From Chrysomallon squamiferum (Eukaryota > Animalia > Mollusca): a stretch of DNA of 64,000 nt. Of this stretch, positions 42,853-57,578 are shown in pieces (position 1 is the first letter of the stretch; each line of letters starts with the position of its first letter). The notes beneath the pieces are model-generated. The model saw only the letters and a list, made by a program, of their open reading frames with translations. It searched no databases and was not told the DNA's origin. Where the stretch lies: positions 3,906,001-3,970,000 of the forward strand of contig CM022666.1 of NCBI GenBank assembly GCA_012295275.1. Reading direction: 5' to 3'. The position numbers and the translations under genes are program-made.

Positions 42853-45459
42853 AACTGAAAGAAAAAAAAATAAAATAAAATAAAATCTCTCTCCCAAGAA
42901 TTCTTAGCTGTGCCAAAATAATTTCAATTCAAACCTTCTATCTCCATTAACACAACTTATTTTCTCTGTTTCTCAATCCACGAACATGTAAAAAATTAAA
43001 CTCACTTTCTCAAGTTTTAAAATAAAACAAAAAAAATGTCTTACCCATTTCTTACACTACAAGACTACATACACACTTTAGTTTAATTTCTAACACAACT
43101 GTTGACTCAAACCTTCCTCAGTCTTTTACCACATCATGGCCTCACTTTTCTGTGTCCCAGACAAATGTAAAACAGAAATCTTCACACCATCAGGCCAGAG
43201 TTGTCTTGTTCAACATCTTAACAGGTGATTTTAAAATTTATTTCTTTTGGTTTTTTTTTTTTTTAAAACTGGGAAAAAAGCTCAGGTTGTGCTGGTTTTC
43301 ATGAATTAAGACTTGGGGCAGTAATACATGCAGAGGCAGTTCACAGTGATGGATAACAACAAGATAGATGAAAATAAAAATAAAGCTTAGACTAGAAAGG
43401 TTTGTCGGTGCATCCAGACTCTTGTTGTTTTGAAATATACTTCATATATATACATATATATTATTATAAATTATCCGAGTAATTGCATGATACATGTTTG
43501 CTTATATAAATTGTTATATACTGATTGCTAGTTAACTGTATTATTTTTTTATTAATGTTGTTGACTTAAAAATGATTAGAAATGTGATATTAAAACTTGT
43601 TTTTATGTTTGAAAGCTAATGGACTTTTTTAAAAATCATTGTTTTAAGTGGATGTGTTAACTTATTTCATAGTCACTGGTCATCTTTGTAAAATGAATGT
43701 TATTTTTTTGTATCAGTTATTAATACCACGTTTTTATACCATCTTTTAATATTATCTTTTTATATCATCTCTTTATATCATTTTTTAATTTCATTCACAC
43801 TTAGGTCAGTTATTACTTACGATTTTTGATCTCCACAAATTACAGACTTCATAATTATACACTGGTCATCTGCTCATTATTGTTGACTTGGAAAGATAAC
43901 TTGTAGACATTAATATTTAAACAATTGGTCATTATTTGATCATTTGTGTCCAGAAATATTACTATGGATGATCTTTCATTTATTGAAATTTGAGAAGTTC
44001 ACTGAGTTGTCGTTTATTGGTTATCAGTAATTTGGAAAGTAAAGTGATTGTTTTGTTTTTTTTACATATAATCTTCATTAAAAATCTTCATTATAAAATG
44101 TGTGTGTGTGTGTTGTGTTTGTGATTTTTGTTTGTTTGATATGTGTGTGTTTAGTGTTTGTGATTTTGTGTTTGGGATTGTGTGATGTGTGTGTGTGTTT
44201 GTGTCTGCGATATCCAGGTTTAGAACAAAGGGATTACTGATGTTCTGTTATTTTATCTGTAGTGTTAATGTAATTGGATTCTTTGAAGGCTGTGTTTCTG
44301 TTTAAATTGAAGTCCCTTTTCAAACTTGTTATTATTTCAAATTCTTTTTTTTCTTCATTTGTTTTGTTTTTCACAAATTATCCAAGTCTAGAACAAAAGG
44401 GCTATAATTTATTCTACTTTTTTGTCTGTCTCTGTGGCAGTACATAAAATATAGGTGAAGATCAACTGTTAAAATTCATTAAATTTACAAAAATTCACTT
44501 TAATTTATCCTGCATTGCACTATAGTTTCAGTATAGTTTGAAATCACAAACCAGACATATTTTTAAAAATGTTTTACATGTCTGTTATTTTTTTTTTTTG
44601 AGAAATAATAAAAGCAAAAATGTTTGTAACAAAAAAAGTATGAAGATATTTATGTTAGAAGATAACTCAAAGAAATAGTGTTACAAGTCAATTGCATTTT
44701 TCTGTTTTAAAATTTGATGAAAAAAATATTGTAATAATTATTTCAGATATTTCAAATATACTGTTAATCAAAAAAAAAAAAAAAAAAAAAGAAAGAATGA
44801 AAGAAAAATGAAAAACATCAAGCAAGTATATTTCAAATGATTTTTTTTGTGTGTGTGTTGTGTTTAAATGAATTTATTTCTTAACTAGATTCTTTCCCCT
44901 CCTTCGTTTTTTTTTTTTTTTAATAATTACATTCATTCTTTTTAATTTCTTAAGCCTTAACTAGAAGTCCCGAAATTAATAAAAAAACAAACAAACCAAA
45001 AAACCAAAAAAAACTTAAGAGTGTATTTTAAATCCATTAAAAGTTGTTGACATATTTAGCAGATGGTGTCACAGTTAAAAACCTGATCTTCACAAAAAGT
45101 GTACACAAACCTTTATTTCAATCTGTCTCCATGCCAAGCTTGATAACTGATAGCTAAGTTTTTGTCATGTGGTGTGTCTCCAATATGTGAGCTCCATTTT
45201 TTTCTTCCAAAAAAATAAAAAATAAATAAATAAAAATAAACAATATAAAAAAAAAAAAAAAGAAGAAGAAAGGTTTAAAAAAGGAAGATTAGAAGTAGTC
45301 TATTCATTGTTCATTTATGTTGAGTACCTTCAGAGAGAGAGAGAAAGATTTATTTCTTATAATTGCTGGTTTATAAATAGATCTGTTTGTTCTCTTGGAA
45401 TTTGAAGTATTTCATAGCAAGGTATACTGGTTGTAAGGTGTCTGACACCTGTGATAATC

Positions 45460-45491
<32 letters not shown>

Positions 45492-45749
45492 CCCATTTCT
45501 TTACTAAATCATCAGTTATGTATTGTTCCATATTCCCATACTCCTCTCTGCAAATTATAAATAATAATAATAATAATAAATTATGATATAAATATTTTGC
45601 TCTTTGCTGCAAGCCTGCAACAACAGTAACAGTAATATCATCAATAACAACATCAACAACAACAACAATAATAAATCCAGATTATACATGATCTAGTTAA
45701 TTTCTTCTATACAGATTTGTAAGTATTTTACAATAAGAAAATGAAGCAA

Positions 45750-45751
45750 TA

Positions 45752-45793
<42 letters not shown>

Positions 45794-45990
45794 TACTACT
45801 ACTATGACTACTACTACTTATGTCATCACCAAAAGAATTTCTTTACCACTAGTACTTCTACCACCACCACCACCAACACTATAACTGTTATTTTACTACT
45901 ACTACCATCACCACTGCTATTATTACTTTACATGTGCTACTGCTGCTGCAGCTACAACTACTACCATTAACATCAACTACAAATAGTACC
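45750..45990 (+). repeat. (ACT)n/(ACC)n trinucleotide tract, degenerate toward the 3' end
   Basis: Read directly from the sequence. Confidence 0.85.
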
Positions 45991-46119
45991 ATAAAAATAC
46001 AAACTAATAATAATTAACCAGCCAAGTATTTTTTTTAAAATTTAAAAATTTTATTTTTATTTTTGCCAAGAAATGCTCATAAGTTGTTGACTGATGATAA
46101 TAAATCTGACTATTAATAA

Positions 46120-48533
46120 CAACAAACCCTACCCTCGGCTTTTGGAGATAAGGACCCCAATTTTGCTTGGCCTTGTTCCAGAAAAACGAGAATATTGCTG
46201 AAACCATCTGCTCTCCCAGCTGTCTGTGGTCTTCTGCAGTACAGGGTAAACAACTGAGAAAGAGAGGAGGCAGAGAGGTGCTTTGAAAATGTAACTCGGG
46301 GAACTGTTGTAAAAATATCTCAAAATCCTGAAGGGAAAAAAAAATAATATAGAAAGAGAGAGAGAGAAAAAATATAAAAGACGAAAGAATTTTTAGAAAT
46401 TATTTTTAAAATCGTTGGTGTTTCAGAGCAAGTTGTTGGTTCAAGATAGCGCACGCATTTTTGTTTAAATATATTTAAAAAAAAAAAATAAGAAAAAGAT
46501 TTCTGAATATATTTAAAAGTGTTTTTGGATTGTGTGGTGTTTTTTTTTTTTTGGAAGGTTTTCAGTTATATGAAGATTTGGATTGTTAAATATTTCAGGT
46601 TTTGTGGTTAAAAGGTTTTGGGTGGTGTATTTAAAAGTTTTTTCCCTTTTTTTTTTTTTTTAAATTAACATTAAAAACTAGAATTGTGAATCTAAAAAGC
46701 TTCAGATAATATATGTGTAAAAGATTGTGGATTGTCTATGTGACAGGCTTGAGAATGTATATATAATATATATATATATCTATCTGAAAGGTTTCAGATT
46801 ATGTACTGATAAAGATATTTTTTTTTGTTTGTGTGTTCATGAAGATTTTGGATTATATATTTATGGTGATTTCACATTATGTGGACTGTGAGGAATTTAG
46901 ATTATAAATTTATGAAGAAAAACGAGATAAACTGTTGATTAACCTGGAACAGCACTGACCAGAATGTTTCTGTGTTATCTGCTTTACTCTACTGGACACA
47001 GACAAGAGTTTGTTCGGAGACCAGTGGAAATCAGGGTAAAAATCTCAGCTTACAGCGATAACTAACAATCTGGACCTGTCCTGTGACTGTACAGAAATTC
47101 ACAACATCTGTTTGTGAAGTGATTACACACCAGTTATAAATTTCCAGAGAAATTAGACTCAAAACAGGGTCATCAGGTGCATATAGAGAAAGAGAAAAAG
47201 AGAGTGAGAGAGAGAGAAAAAAAACACACATTCACAACAAAAGGAAAATCTTCCATAAATGTTTTTTTAAACATCAACTGGCTCTCTCTTTTTCTTTTTT
47301 CTTACCCTTTTCTTTTCTTCAAGGAATCTAGTGGTTTTCAGTATATTTGACCTTACACCCTGTTACAAGCTGGTGGCAGACATAAGGGTCATCAGGTGCA
47401 CTAAGCAGACGGCAACAGTTTGTAGCAGAAGACCAGAAAGAAACAGCAGACGTGAACACATCTTGGCAGAAGAGAAAAAAAAAAAAAAAAGAGTGAAATA
47501 CAGATGTGGATTTGTTTCAGAACCGCCTCACAACTGGGCTGTGAGACTAGGTGTTTGTAAACGGATTAAAAAGGAAGAAAAGAAGTAAAGAAAAAACTTC
47601 ACACCAAGAGTAACAAAAATTTATTAAAAATTGGAAGAAGAAGAAGACTGTAAATAAAACTTAAAGGGATTTTAAAAAACTTAGTGGAGCAAAAAAAACT
47701 GGACAAAAACTTAAAAACGAAACAAGGAAGATTTTCTAATTTTGTTTTCAGTTTTCTATTTATTTTTATTTTATTTTTATTTTTATTTTTTTATTTTTTT
47801 AAAAGTGGAAAATCCCGAACACAAACTATTTGTTATTCATAGACTTTTCTTCGGGGATGACTCAAGATACAAGGCATATTGTTTTACTCGGAATAATAGC
47901 CAGAGGAAGAAGACTGTTTGTTGTTGTTGTTGGTGGTGGTAGTTTGCCCTGTCTCCTCTCCCAGTGATGCATTTTTGCTGAAGTAGATGTAATTAATACT
48001 TTAGAAGATTACCCAGTTTCCGTGGAACAGGCTATAAGCAGTCCGTACAGATAGAGCATATAAATACAACAACACATCATCCATGTAGGTTCTTGTTAAA
48101 AAAAAAAAAAAAAAAAAAAAGAACAAAGAGTTCTACTGGTGACATCCACGATCAGAATTTCTGATACATCTGTATTGATTTCTGGTGGGGTATTTTTCTT
48201 TTACCAATCTGGATATATATATATACCTACATTCAGACGGAAATTTCTCAAATTTATTAATAATTGTGTGGTTGTCTGCCAGGCAAAGGAAAAGAACACT
48301 TGTTTCATTCCCTTTCCTGTGAAAATATTAGTCAGAGACTTACAATTTGAGGAAAAAAAGAGAAAATCCTTTAAAAACGAAGCAAAAAACAAAATTGGTT
48401 TCATTCGTTCATCTGTCGGCTTGATAGCGAGTTGACTGAAGTGTGGATTTTTTTTTTTTTTTGATTTTTTAAAATTTATTTATTGATTTTTTTTATTTTT
48501 TATTTTTTATTTTTTGAAATTCTGCTCTTCTAA
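46120..48533 (+). promoter_or_regulatory. Putative internal promoter / 5'UTR region upstream of the alternative exon
   Basis: Blocks of higher-complexity sequence with more CpG than the flanks (about 46120-46330 and 46920-48440). There is a duplicated 16-mer at 47166 and 47385, and a pyrimidine tract followed by AAG (47283-47323) that could act as an acceptor. Confidence 0.35.
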
Positions 48534-48630
48534 ATGAAGTGCTCGGAATCGTTTGAACCTTCACCCGACCTTTACCCTCAAAAGGTCATGTGCAGTTTCT
48601 GTATTGAGGAGTACAATGCTATGAGTTATG
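48534..48630 (+). CDS. Candidate alternative first coding exon of the FNDC3-like gene (MKCSESFEPSPDLYPQKVMCSFCIEEYNAMSY+G)
   Basis: An in-frame TAA (48531-48533) lies directly before the ATG. It is followed by 32 non-repetitive codons plus 1 nt, then TATG|GTAAGT. The donor phase and the split Gly codon match the 7721 donor. Confidence 0.55.
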
Positions 48631-50138
48631 GTAAGTTTTTCGTTTTTGTTTTGGAGGGTTCTAGTCTAAGGGGGAGGGATGGAGAGCAGTTTGGAGAGAT
48701 GGAGGAAAAAGTAGTTGTTAGGAAGAAATAGGAAATTGTGTGAACTAAGGGAAAAAAGGGAGTTTGAGATAAAGAGAAGAGGGAGGAGAAGTGATATGAT
48801 ATATTTAAGGGATAGGGAGAGAGAAAGCGTAATAGTCATGTTTTTGGTTATAAAATTTTTATTAAAATTAAATTATTGTGCTGAACAAACTTGTAATTTT
48901 CAAATTGCGTATTTTAAGTAAAGTGACAAATTAATGAATATTATGTAATTACTGATTAAGTATAATAATAATAATAATAATATAAAAGCAACAAAAATAT
49001 CATAATAATTACAGTAACATCAACAACAGTGACTGCAAACAGTAAAAAAATATAATAATTATAATTACAATAATAATTACAGTAACAGTGACTGCAACAG
49101 TAAAAATTAACAGTAATAATAATCACTAATGATAAAATCAGCTGCTTAGAAAATTCAAGAGACGGGTTTATCACAAAATTATCATCTCCTAATAAAATGT
49201 TTTGTGGAAAAGACAACAGAAACACTCAAGACATTATGCAACTCATTTTCAGATAAAAATTCTTTTGTTCTGCAGTTTTGACATTCTTTGTACAACATTT
49301 ATGACTTCTGTCTGCAGTGTCACCGTTATAATTACAGGAAAAATCACGACCCCACCCACCCTAGAACCTTCCACGATGATTTAATGATTTAACGGTGGTG
49401 CTTTATTTTGGTCACTTTGTGACATTCTGAGTGTCTGTCAATTGATGTTTATATCTCTACCCCTCTGGTGTTTATAGCCAACATTACAAGTGAATTGGAC
49501 TGCTTGTTGTTGACATAATTGTATGTGTTAAACCCGTACATGGGCCAATATTTTACATAACAAGAACGACCTTTGACCTTTTCCCATTGTTTTCCAGCTG
49601 CATTCCTTATCTGCTTTTGTACCAGTGTTGTATACGTGTGTATATATGTGTGTGTATATGTGTCTTGCTTTGGTTCATATGATAAATCATGGTGGTGTGA
49701 TTGTGGTGCGTGAATGAGAGAAGATGAGAGAAAAATGAGATAGAGAAAAAAAAAAAAAAGAAGAAGAATGAATGAATTTTTGTAACTCGTAGACAGCAAA
49801 ATTGCATAACAAGACAGTGATAATCTTCTGTTAGTTATTCTTCCGTTTTTTATTTCATTCATTTTCCTTTCTCTTCTTTCTTTCATTCATTCTTTATATT
49901 CTCTCTTTCCTCTCTGTCTCTGTTTCTCTGTGTGTCAGTGTGTATGTAATATATACATAATGTGTATGTATATGTATATATGTGCGTGTGTTTATATATA
50001 CATACATATATACATATTTTTTTTTTTTTACATGTCTATATGTGTATATATATTTTTGTACATGTGTGTGTAACATTTTTGAATATGTGTCTAATACACA
50101 TTGTTTGCATATGTTTGTATGGTGTGACTGTGTGTGTT

Positions 50139-50219
<81 letters not shown>

Positions 50220-52385
50220 AACTAAGTGACTAAGTAAGATAACAAATAAGTTTCCTGTCTCCTAGGTTTTTATTTTTATTAACTAATAACCTGATTCATC
50301 TAATGACAGTCTAGTCACTACACAGGAAACATTGTTTTACTGCTCAACAGAGTAGATTTAGATATTAATGATTTATTGTTCTTGGCTACTTTGTCGTGAT
50401 TATCCAAAACAACATGATTTTCATTTTAAATTTATTCTTTTTTTTTTGATGAATTATTTGTTAAAAAAGAAAGCTGAGAACCAAATAAATATAAATACAA
50501 ATATACATGAATGTACATACTAACCTACGTACACATATACATGCATAAAAATACACATGTATGAAACAGTACATATATATTACATTTCGTTAATTAAAAG
50601 CTTTTGCTTTTTCAACGTTACTGTATTTTTTTTTTTTTTTTAAATAGGAGAAATAGGAGAAATAGAAAAGTTATAAATTCTCTAAAGATAAATGAAACAA
50701 CTATAATTCTAATAATACATAAGTTAAGGAAAAACATTTTATACATTTTTTTTTTTTTTTTTTTTTTTAAATCTCTTTAATTTCCTTCCTTATTAAAAAG
50801 CCAAAATGCAGTAATTAGGAAACCTCTTTGTTCCTCATTTCCTTCTGTTACCAGTCATTCTTTTATCTATTTTTAACAGTTTACTTCCTTACATAACAAC
50901 ACTTTACATTCTTACCTAATAAGGAAAGAAATTAGTAACGGATGTGGCATTTTGTTGTCACCTTTTATTATTCATTTCATTTTTTAATTTAATTTTATTT
51001 TCATATTAAACACTTTTATAGGAACAGTTTTTGAAATGAGTGGGGTTTTTTTTTTTTTTTTTATTTTTTTTTTTTAACTATATCACTGTAATGAAATTCA
51101 TCTAATACAAAGTGTATAGTAATATATATACACAGACATACATACATATATACATACATGCATACATACATGTGTGTGTGTGTATATATATATATAAACA
51201 CATACATATACATAGATATACATGCATGCATGCATGCATACATAAGTATATGTTATTAATATTCAGGTTTCATAATACATACTTTCTTTCATTTTTTTGT
51301 TTCATTTTTGACAGAGCACCACAGATGTGGAAATAACAGTAAAGATAACTAATTATGTGACATGTGATACTACAGATATGCACTTTAAACAGACAGCTTG
51401 CTTTTAATAAACACAGAAATGAGTCAAAACGATATAGCCAGACTGTGTAAGTTTACAAAGCTTCAAAAGCTAAGTAGAATACTTAGGAAACACTGATCCA
51501 GTAATCCAGTGACCTTGCATACTATAGATGTGCACTTTAACCATAAGATGTGCAATGCATAGTCTATGTTGGGCAAAAATATTCAAACGAGAGTCTAGGT
51601 TAAAAATTGATAAAAATCTGTGGGTTAGAATAATTACATTGAGAAAAAGGATATATTGTATGCAATGAAACCAGAGATATTTTAACCAGAATATATTTAA
51701 CTTTAATACAGACGTACAGACATAAAAAAAACCCAGAGTAACCAGCACATGTATGTATGTATGTATGTATGTATGTATGTATTATTTTATTTGTTGTTGT
51801 TGTTGTTGTTGTTTTGTTATTTATTACTTTTGTGGGGGTATCTGTATGTCTGTGCTTGTGTATTGTTATACAAATAGAAAGAAAAAAAAAAAAAACGCCA
51901 GACAGAGTATCGAATAGCAGATACAAGTGTGAAACTAAGCAAATTCAACAGGTTGGAAAGATCACAGGTTTTGTCTGAGTTGTACATGACACACATACAC
52001 ACCATCAGCTGTTTCTGATGTCTATCAAATAAGATAAACACATGATATATCACTCCTCTTTCTGGGTCAAAACCTGTCGACAAATCAATCACCTGATGTT
52101 GCTAAGATCAATCCATGATAGCAGACTCTGTGGGACATTTCCATTCCTAGCTTGTACTTAATGATTTTCATATCCAAAACTTTGCTGTGTGTGAAGGAGA
52201 ACACAAAAGATTTATTTTTTATTGCCAATAAAGCGACAGACCTTCTCTGATGGCATCAAGAGTTAATTGTAAAAAAAAAATAAAAAAAAAAAATAAAATG
52301 GATAGGTGTGTTCTGTTAGCAAAATGAAAACAAACATTTGCCATCCTTCTGTTTGTTAATAATTTCTTTTTGTGTATATGTCTGA

Positions 52386-52439
<54 letters not shown>

Positions 52440-53400
52440 TCATGTATGTATATGTATATGTATGTGTCTGTGTGTGTGTCTGCATGAGTGTGCATATGTT
52501 TGTAAGTCTGACTGTCTACTTTTGAGATCAGTTCTTTATTTAAACCTGAGAGTAGCTTTCTGTTTGAATAGCTGGTTTGTTTAATATCAATAGAATCACA
52601 TCATTGTTATTTAGTCTACCATTCATGTTGTGTTCTTTTATTTTTAAGGACATAAAATAAACAATCTCGTGAAAGAAATCAAAGATCAGTCTTGATCTTC
52701 TGTAAAATAACTTCTTTTAAAAACACGCCAACCTTTGACCATTTTATATATCTGATACATAGCTCATTGTATTACTTTCTATATTTCTTATCTCAGGCAT
52801 GTTATAATTCAATATGATAACTCAATTGCGCAGCTGTAACATCTTATAGTATGTAATAAAATGAATTATTACACATGCTTATATGCAAACACGCATTTTT
52901 GCCTTGATAAGACATTGTATTCTTTACAAAAACCCAGATATGTTGTATTATATGTATATTATTGCTATAAGGCATTTACTTTGACCTCAGTTTACATTTA
53001 ACTGAATCATTGCAGAATAGAATAGTGTGTGTGTGTGTGTGTGTGTGCGTGCGTGATAAATGCCTGTCCTTACAAACATGCATATCAGTAAATCCACTGA
53101 CAATGTAAATTCATTTTTTTCTTTCTTTCTCATGTGCACATACATACATGAACACACATACATATACACATAATATATATACCACACACACATGTATTCA
53201 CATAGATATATACACATGTATATGTCAGGCAATGAATATTTGATACTCGTTTGATTATATAATCAGATAACCTGAGATCATTAATTGTACAGTTTATTGG
53301 CAGCATGCAATTAAAATGAGTAAATGACACCTGTTATCTCTGCAATTTGAAATTTATTTATAAATAATTTTATTACTGTATCATTTTATTTGTTTTTATC

Positions 53401-53422
53401 ATTATTATTATTATTATTATTA

Positions 53423-53498
<76 letters not shown>

Positions 53499-53517
53499 TA
53501 CTACTACTACTATTATC
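53401..53517. repeat. (ATT)n/(ACT)n microsatellite
   Basis: Read directly. Similar runs occur near 13343, 31841, 60958 and 63918. Confidence 0.95.
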
Positions 53518-54064
53518 ATCTTTTCTTTAATTTAAATGACTATGTTGGTGTATTTGCATGCGTAACAGACAAGTTGTATATAAGCTCAAATCACATAATC
53601 AATATAAATATCTAATCAGTTGGATTACTATCAAATTAATGAAAATCTGCTTCAGTTTCAAGTTATGTCATACCTGAATAATTGCAGTGCTTACGAGTGC
53701 ACTATTTATATCACAAACACGAGGCTGGCTGTAACTTTAATCAAATTAAAATAAAGCCCTTCGACAAAAATTACTACTAAGTACAATAAGTAAGAGCTAA
53801 AAATAAGATAGTCCGTTACAGATTTTGTTCAATCATCCTTCTCTCTAAGCAGTGAGCATGTTTGAATCCTTGCATGATTTATTTTTCATTACTTAGCGTT
53901 CTGGATATAGAGATACTCGTATTAGCCATATATATCATCTCAAGTTAATTTTGAGTACATGTTAAACAGTTCTGTGCGAAACACTGAGGTTTATGCATTT
54001 GGATAATAATTTAACTTTGTGTATTTGTTTAAGAGACATTGAAAAAGAAACTGCATAGACTTTC

Positions 54065-54510
54065 GATGTCTGATATGAATGTCTGTTAGATATGTTTGTC
54101 TAGAATATGTCTGTCAGATATTTGTTAGATATGAATGTCTGTCGGAGAGATATGTCTGTCAGATGTATGTTAGATATAAATTTCTGTCAGATATGTGTTA
54201 GATATATATATAAATGTTAGATATAAATGTCTATTGTGTTAGATATGTACGTCTGTCAGATATGTGTTTGTCAGTGTTTGTGTGTTTGACAGCTGGTTGT
54301 ATTTGTCATATATTTTTATCTATTTAAATGTTACATCTGATATTTATATATTTTGTGTGTATACAATCTATTTCTGTAATTTTATCTTGTGTCTGGGTGT
54401 GTGTCTGACATGTAAATCTGATATTTATAAAATGTATGTGTATTTGTAATACAAAAATCAGATATTTATATATTCGTGTGTGTAATATCTATGTCTGATA
54501 TTTTTATATT
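54065..54510 (+). repeat. Degenerate repeat built on GT(C/T)AGATAT and CTGATATTT
   Basis: More than ten TGT(T/C)AGATAT cores in 54065-54265, then CTGATATTT(T)ATA units. Confidence 0.7.
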
Positions 54511-54954
54511 TATGTGTGTCTGTGTGTGTGTGTGTGTAGGTATTATTATTATGATTTATACTTGTTCATCTCCTGTGTCTGTATGACTGTGTGTGTGTTA
54601 ATAAGTACACACCAGTAGATGTGATGAGGTAGTTGTGTCCAAATACAACACATCTGTGACCGTAATGAAGTTTTTGAAATGGTTGTGTGTTATCAATACT
54701 AAAATTAATTCGAGTGATAAAACGTGCCATTTTTTCAAGTTATTTGGACACTGCTGTCTTTTGGCTAGTCATGACTGTCACAGTACTTATTGAGTAGATG
54801 TGTAACCAAACCTGTCATGTCTCACTACTGATTGTGGAAATGTGTCAAAATAAAATTTTCATTTCAAATGATGAAGTGAGAAGAGCTACAAAGCCTGAAG
54901 CAAATAACTAATCTTATTTGAGGAGTAAATATGAATAAATATTTTACAATTTAA

Positions 54955-54985
<31 letters not shown>

Positions 54986-55692
54986 TTTAGTTTTTTTAAT
55001 AATTAAAAGAAAACAAAATTAATGTTTAATTTTTCAAAATTAAAGAAAACAAAATTAATTTTTAATTTAATTATTGTTAACATTATATTTATTAAACTGT
55101 ATGGTATTATTATTAAAAGTAGTAACCTGTTTATTACTATCAGTATTATTGTAATTATATTATTGCTATCATCAATATCATTACTATACTTATTTATTTA
55201 TTTATTCATTATTCATTCATTCATTCATTCATTCATTTATTATTTCATTTGTTCATTCATTTATTATTTCACTTATTTATCTGTTATGACTGTATAAGGT
55301 CACATGTGTTGTTTTATGTAATACTCTATAACAGAACACATTTTGAAAATGGGAAAGTTTATTTTTTAACAGTCTTCCATTCTTAAGACCATGAGTGATG
55401 GCAGAACTGCCTGAACTAATTTTATAGCTCATTCAGCAGATATTTTGTACGGTAATGACAGATAATTATGCCACAGACTAAATTTAGAATCATGTGGATG
55501 TTCTGAATGTCAAAAATGTTTTCATGAATGGCCTACAGTTATAATCCTTGTAGGAGGTTTAACAGGGCAGACATTTTGAAATGAAGTGAGAAAATACTTT
55601 TGCACAAAATGAGTAATTAAACTGTTAACAAAAAAAAAAATAATAATAATAAAAAAGAAACATAATAAAATAAAAGGATAAGTAAATAAAGT

Positions 55693-55726
<34 letters not shown>

Positions 55727-55760
55727 AACTGAAAAATACAGACTGTTTTGTGGCACGTAA

Positions 55761-56079
55761 ATCTTGTTGGTTCTTTTTAATCATTTTATTTTATTTACCT
55801 TTTTAAAAGTTAATGACTTGACAGTATTTTTAAACAAGAGTTAAGTTACAAAGATTAGTTTTCAGGAAAGTATTGTCTGTTGTTCTCTCCACCCCCACCT
55901 TATAAAAATTTTGTAAATTAATTTTATTATCTTGTTGGTTCTGTTTAATCATTTTATTTTATTTTCATTTTTAAAAGTTTATGACTTGACAGTATTTTTA
56001 AACACGAGTTAAGTTAAAAAGATTAGTTTTCAGGAAAGTATTGTCTGTTGTTCTCTCCACCCCCACCATATAAAAATTT
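55761..56079 (+). repeat. Recent tandem duplication, 168-bp period
   Basis: ATCTTGTTGGTTCT...CTCTCCACCCCCACC.TATAAAAATTT at 55761 and 55929, with few differences. Confidence 0.92.
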
Positions 56080-56489
56080 AGTTTCATTTTCCCTGTGTAA
56101 CATTTTGTTATGTAATAATAATGTATGCTAAAAATAGTCTACATTAATAGATTATTTGATTTGGAAACTTTTATATTCTATTTTTTTTTTTTTTTTTTTA
56201 ACTTCTTTTTCTAGCTATTTTGTTAATTTTCTTTATTCCTTTTTCTGTTTCATCTGGGTTTTTTTTTTTTTTTTTTTTTAACTGTTTAATTTCTTTTTAA
56301 TTTTTCCTTCTGTTTCTTTCTGTTACAGTGTTGTTATTACTTTTTGTACTTCTTATTCTTTCTAGTTTCTTTTGATCGAATATTTTCCTCATTTTTCATT
56401 AATTTTTTCATTCAATCATTCTTTGTTCTCTTACAAACGTCAGCAATGTAAACTCATTAAATAACAGTACTATTTAAAAAAAAAAAAAA

Positions 56490-56528
<39 letters not shown>

Positions 56529-57161
56529 ATTTATTATATCTGCCACAAAATGTTTTAAACAGTGACAACTTTTAGTAAGGAATTAACAACTGTTATTTCC
56601 AAAAAAAAAAAATATTAAAGATCATGGCTTGCCTTGACTATAACTCAAACTGAATAATCTTATAAAAATAATTTCAGATATCAAATAACATTATTCTGCT
56701 TATTTTGGATGTTTTTTTTATAAGGAGGATGTTTTTCCATCATTTTTATAGTTTTGAAATCAAATTCAATTTACTGTATAAAGGAACATCTGGACAATAT
56801 TAAGAGTGGTCCTCATATAAACATTTGACAAACAAAAGTAGTTTTGGTGTTTGTTTATATATGCAATAATAAATATCAAATATTAAGGTTATTTCGTACA
56901 GTGACTGTCTATTGCTTTCTGTCTCTGTTTTTCTGTTTTCTTTTTTTTTTTTTTTTTCTCTCTTTCTCTCTTTTTTATCTCTCTTTCTCTCTCTGTCTGT
57001 CTCTGTCTCTCTGTCTGTCTCACAACTTTCAGTAATTTAACATTCTTAGAAATGAAAGTTAAACTGTTGGCTATTGAAATTTTCTACCACTTTTCTATAT
57101 GCATTAGAATAAGAGATTTTTTATTTTATTTGCAGTATGTATTTTAATTCAACAATCAAAT

Positions 57162-57194
<33 letters not shown>

Positions 57195-57545
57195 TGTAAT
57201 AATAATAATAAAATAAATAAATAAATAAATAAATAAATATAAATGTTTTACGGTATGTATAAAAAGATTAATGTCACAAAAATATTTTCACTGATTATAA
57301 ACAAGATTTCAGCAAAATTTCATTTTTATTTTTATTTTTATTTTTATTTTTAATCAAAATTTCATTCATTTTATAGATTCGTTTTTCAAAAGTCACACAG
57401 CTTGCAGCAAAATTTATCAAAATTAAAGCTGACTACGCTAACAGGTTTCTACTGACAACCTGACCCCTGCTGGTGACCTTGTGACCTTACATATCATTAG
57501 GATAGACCACTGTAGGGTGTCAACTGTCACTGTTGGTCAAAGACA

Positions 57546-57578
<33 letters not shown>

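Noticed and set aside
54617-54657. let-7-like TGAGGTAGT within a small hairpin
   Set aside because: The match ends after 9 nt, and the seed lies in a bulge of a short stem, which is not pre-miRNA geometry.
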